IMG/VR virus record: IMGVR_UViG_3300034071_001657
Strand: one strand, 5' to 3'
Length of the DNA stretch: 64,000 nt
DNA from: a virus
Shown here: piece after piece, positions 63,759 to 64,000 of the stretch
Layout: each line of letters starts with the position of its first letter
How positions within the stretch are numbered: position 1 is the first letter of the stretch
Program-made: the position numbers and the translations under genes
Notes under the pieces: generated by a model
What the model was told of the DNA's origin: nothing
What the model saw: only the letters and a program-made list of their open reading frames with translations
Databases searched by the model: none

Positions 63759-64000
63759 GCTGCTTTCCCCCAAACATCTTCCCACCTCCCACTCAATGCA
63801 CCTTTTGCATAATCGGTGGCTCGATTTTCAAAAAAGTTAGTGTGTGTTGGCGCATTAATCATTTCCTCAACCCAAGGCAAAGGATTCTTCTTTACTTTCA
63901 TTATACCCTTGAGACCAAGACTAATAAGACGGCGATCAGTAATATAACGAATGTAACGCTTAACGTCATCAGCAGATAAATTATGCATATCGCCCATGCC
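63755..64000 (-). CDS. nrdB: Ribonucleotide reductase class Ia beta subunit, C-terminal part (5' end outside window)
   Basis: YIRYITDRRLISLG...NPLPW...HTNFFENRATDY motif. Confidence 0.93.
   Translation of the reverse strand, partial: GMGDMHNLSADDVKRYIRYITDRRLISLGLKGIMKVKKNPLPWVEEMINAPTHTNFFENRATDYAKGALSGRWEDVWGKAA

Overview
A 64-kb slice of a large T4-like (myovirus) phage genome, read in the standard genetic code. The host is probably a betaproteobacterium, inferred from the tmRNA tag ANEERFALAA and the permuted tmRNA layout. 1-24.9 kb holds baseplate and tail morphogenesis genes (DUF4815/VrlC-like, gp8, gp7, gp6, gp25, short gp5, hub, gp53, gp48, gp4, gp2, gp54/19-like, gp26, gp51, tape measure) with TATAAATA late promoters. 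24.9-35 kb holds gp32, gp59, gp33, a SleB-like hydrolase, a four-gene sugar-modification cluster, a two-piece (circularly permuted) tmRNA, an exonuclease, PhoH, a DenV-like glycosylase and an HAD nucleotidase. 35-46 kb is an early/accessory region of small ORFs, many behind sigma70 promoters that share an upstream palindrome TGTTG-N8-CAACA; it includes a run of cassette-like paralogues. 46-50 kb is an array of 24 tRNAs covering all 20 amino acids, with a boxA element, two atypical tRNAs and unexplained structured RNA blocks. 50-64 kb holds RNase H, glutaredoxin, a phosphoesterase, a SET-domain protein, a ClpP-like protease, a RuvC-like nuclease, a four-gene membrane/secreted Cys-repeat module and the 3' end of nrdB. 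The most notable signals are non-coding: the permuted tmRNA, repeated stem-closed RNA units in the tRNA array, the operator regulon with a candidate wHTH regulator, SD-encoding cassette junctions and a SlmA-like binding site. All family calls come from motif recall and gene order; no database search was run.
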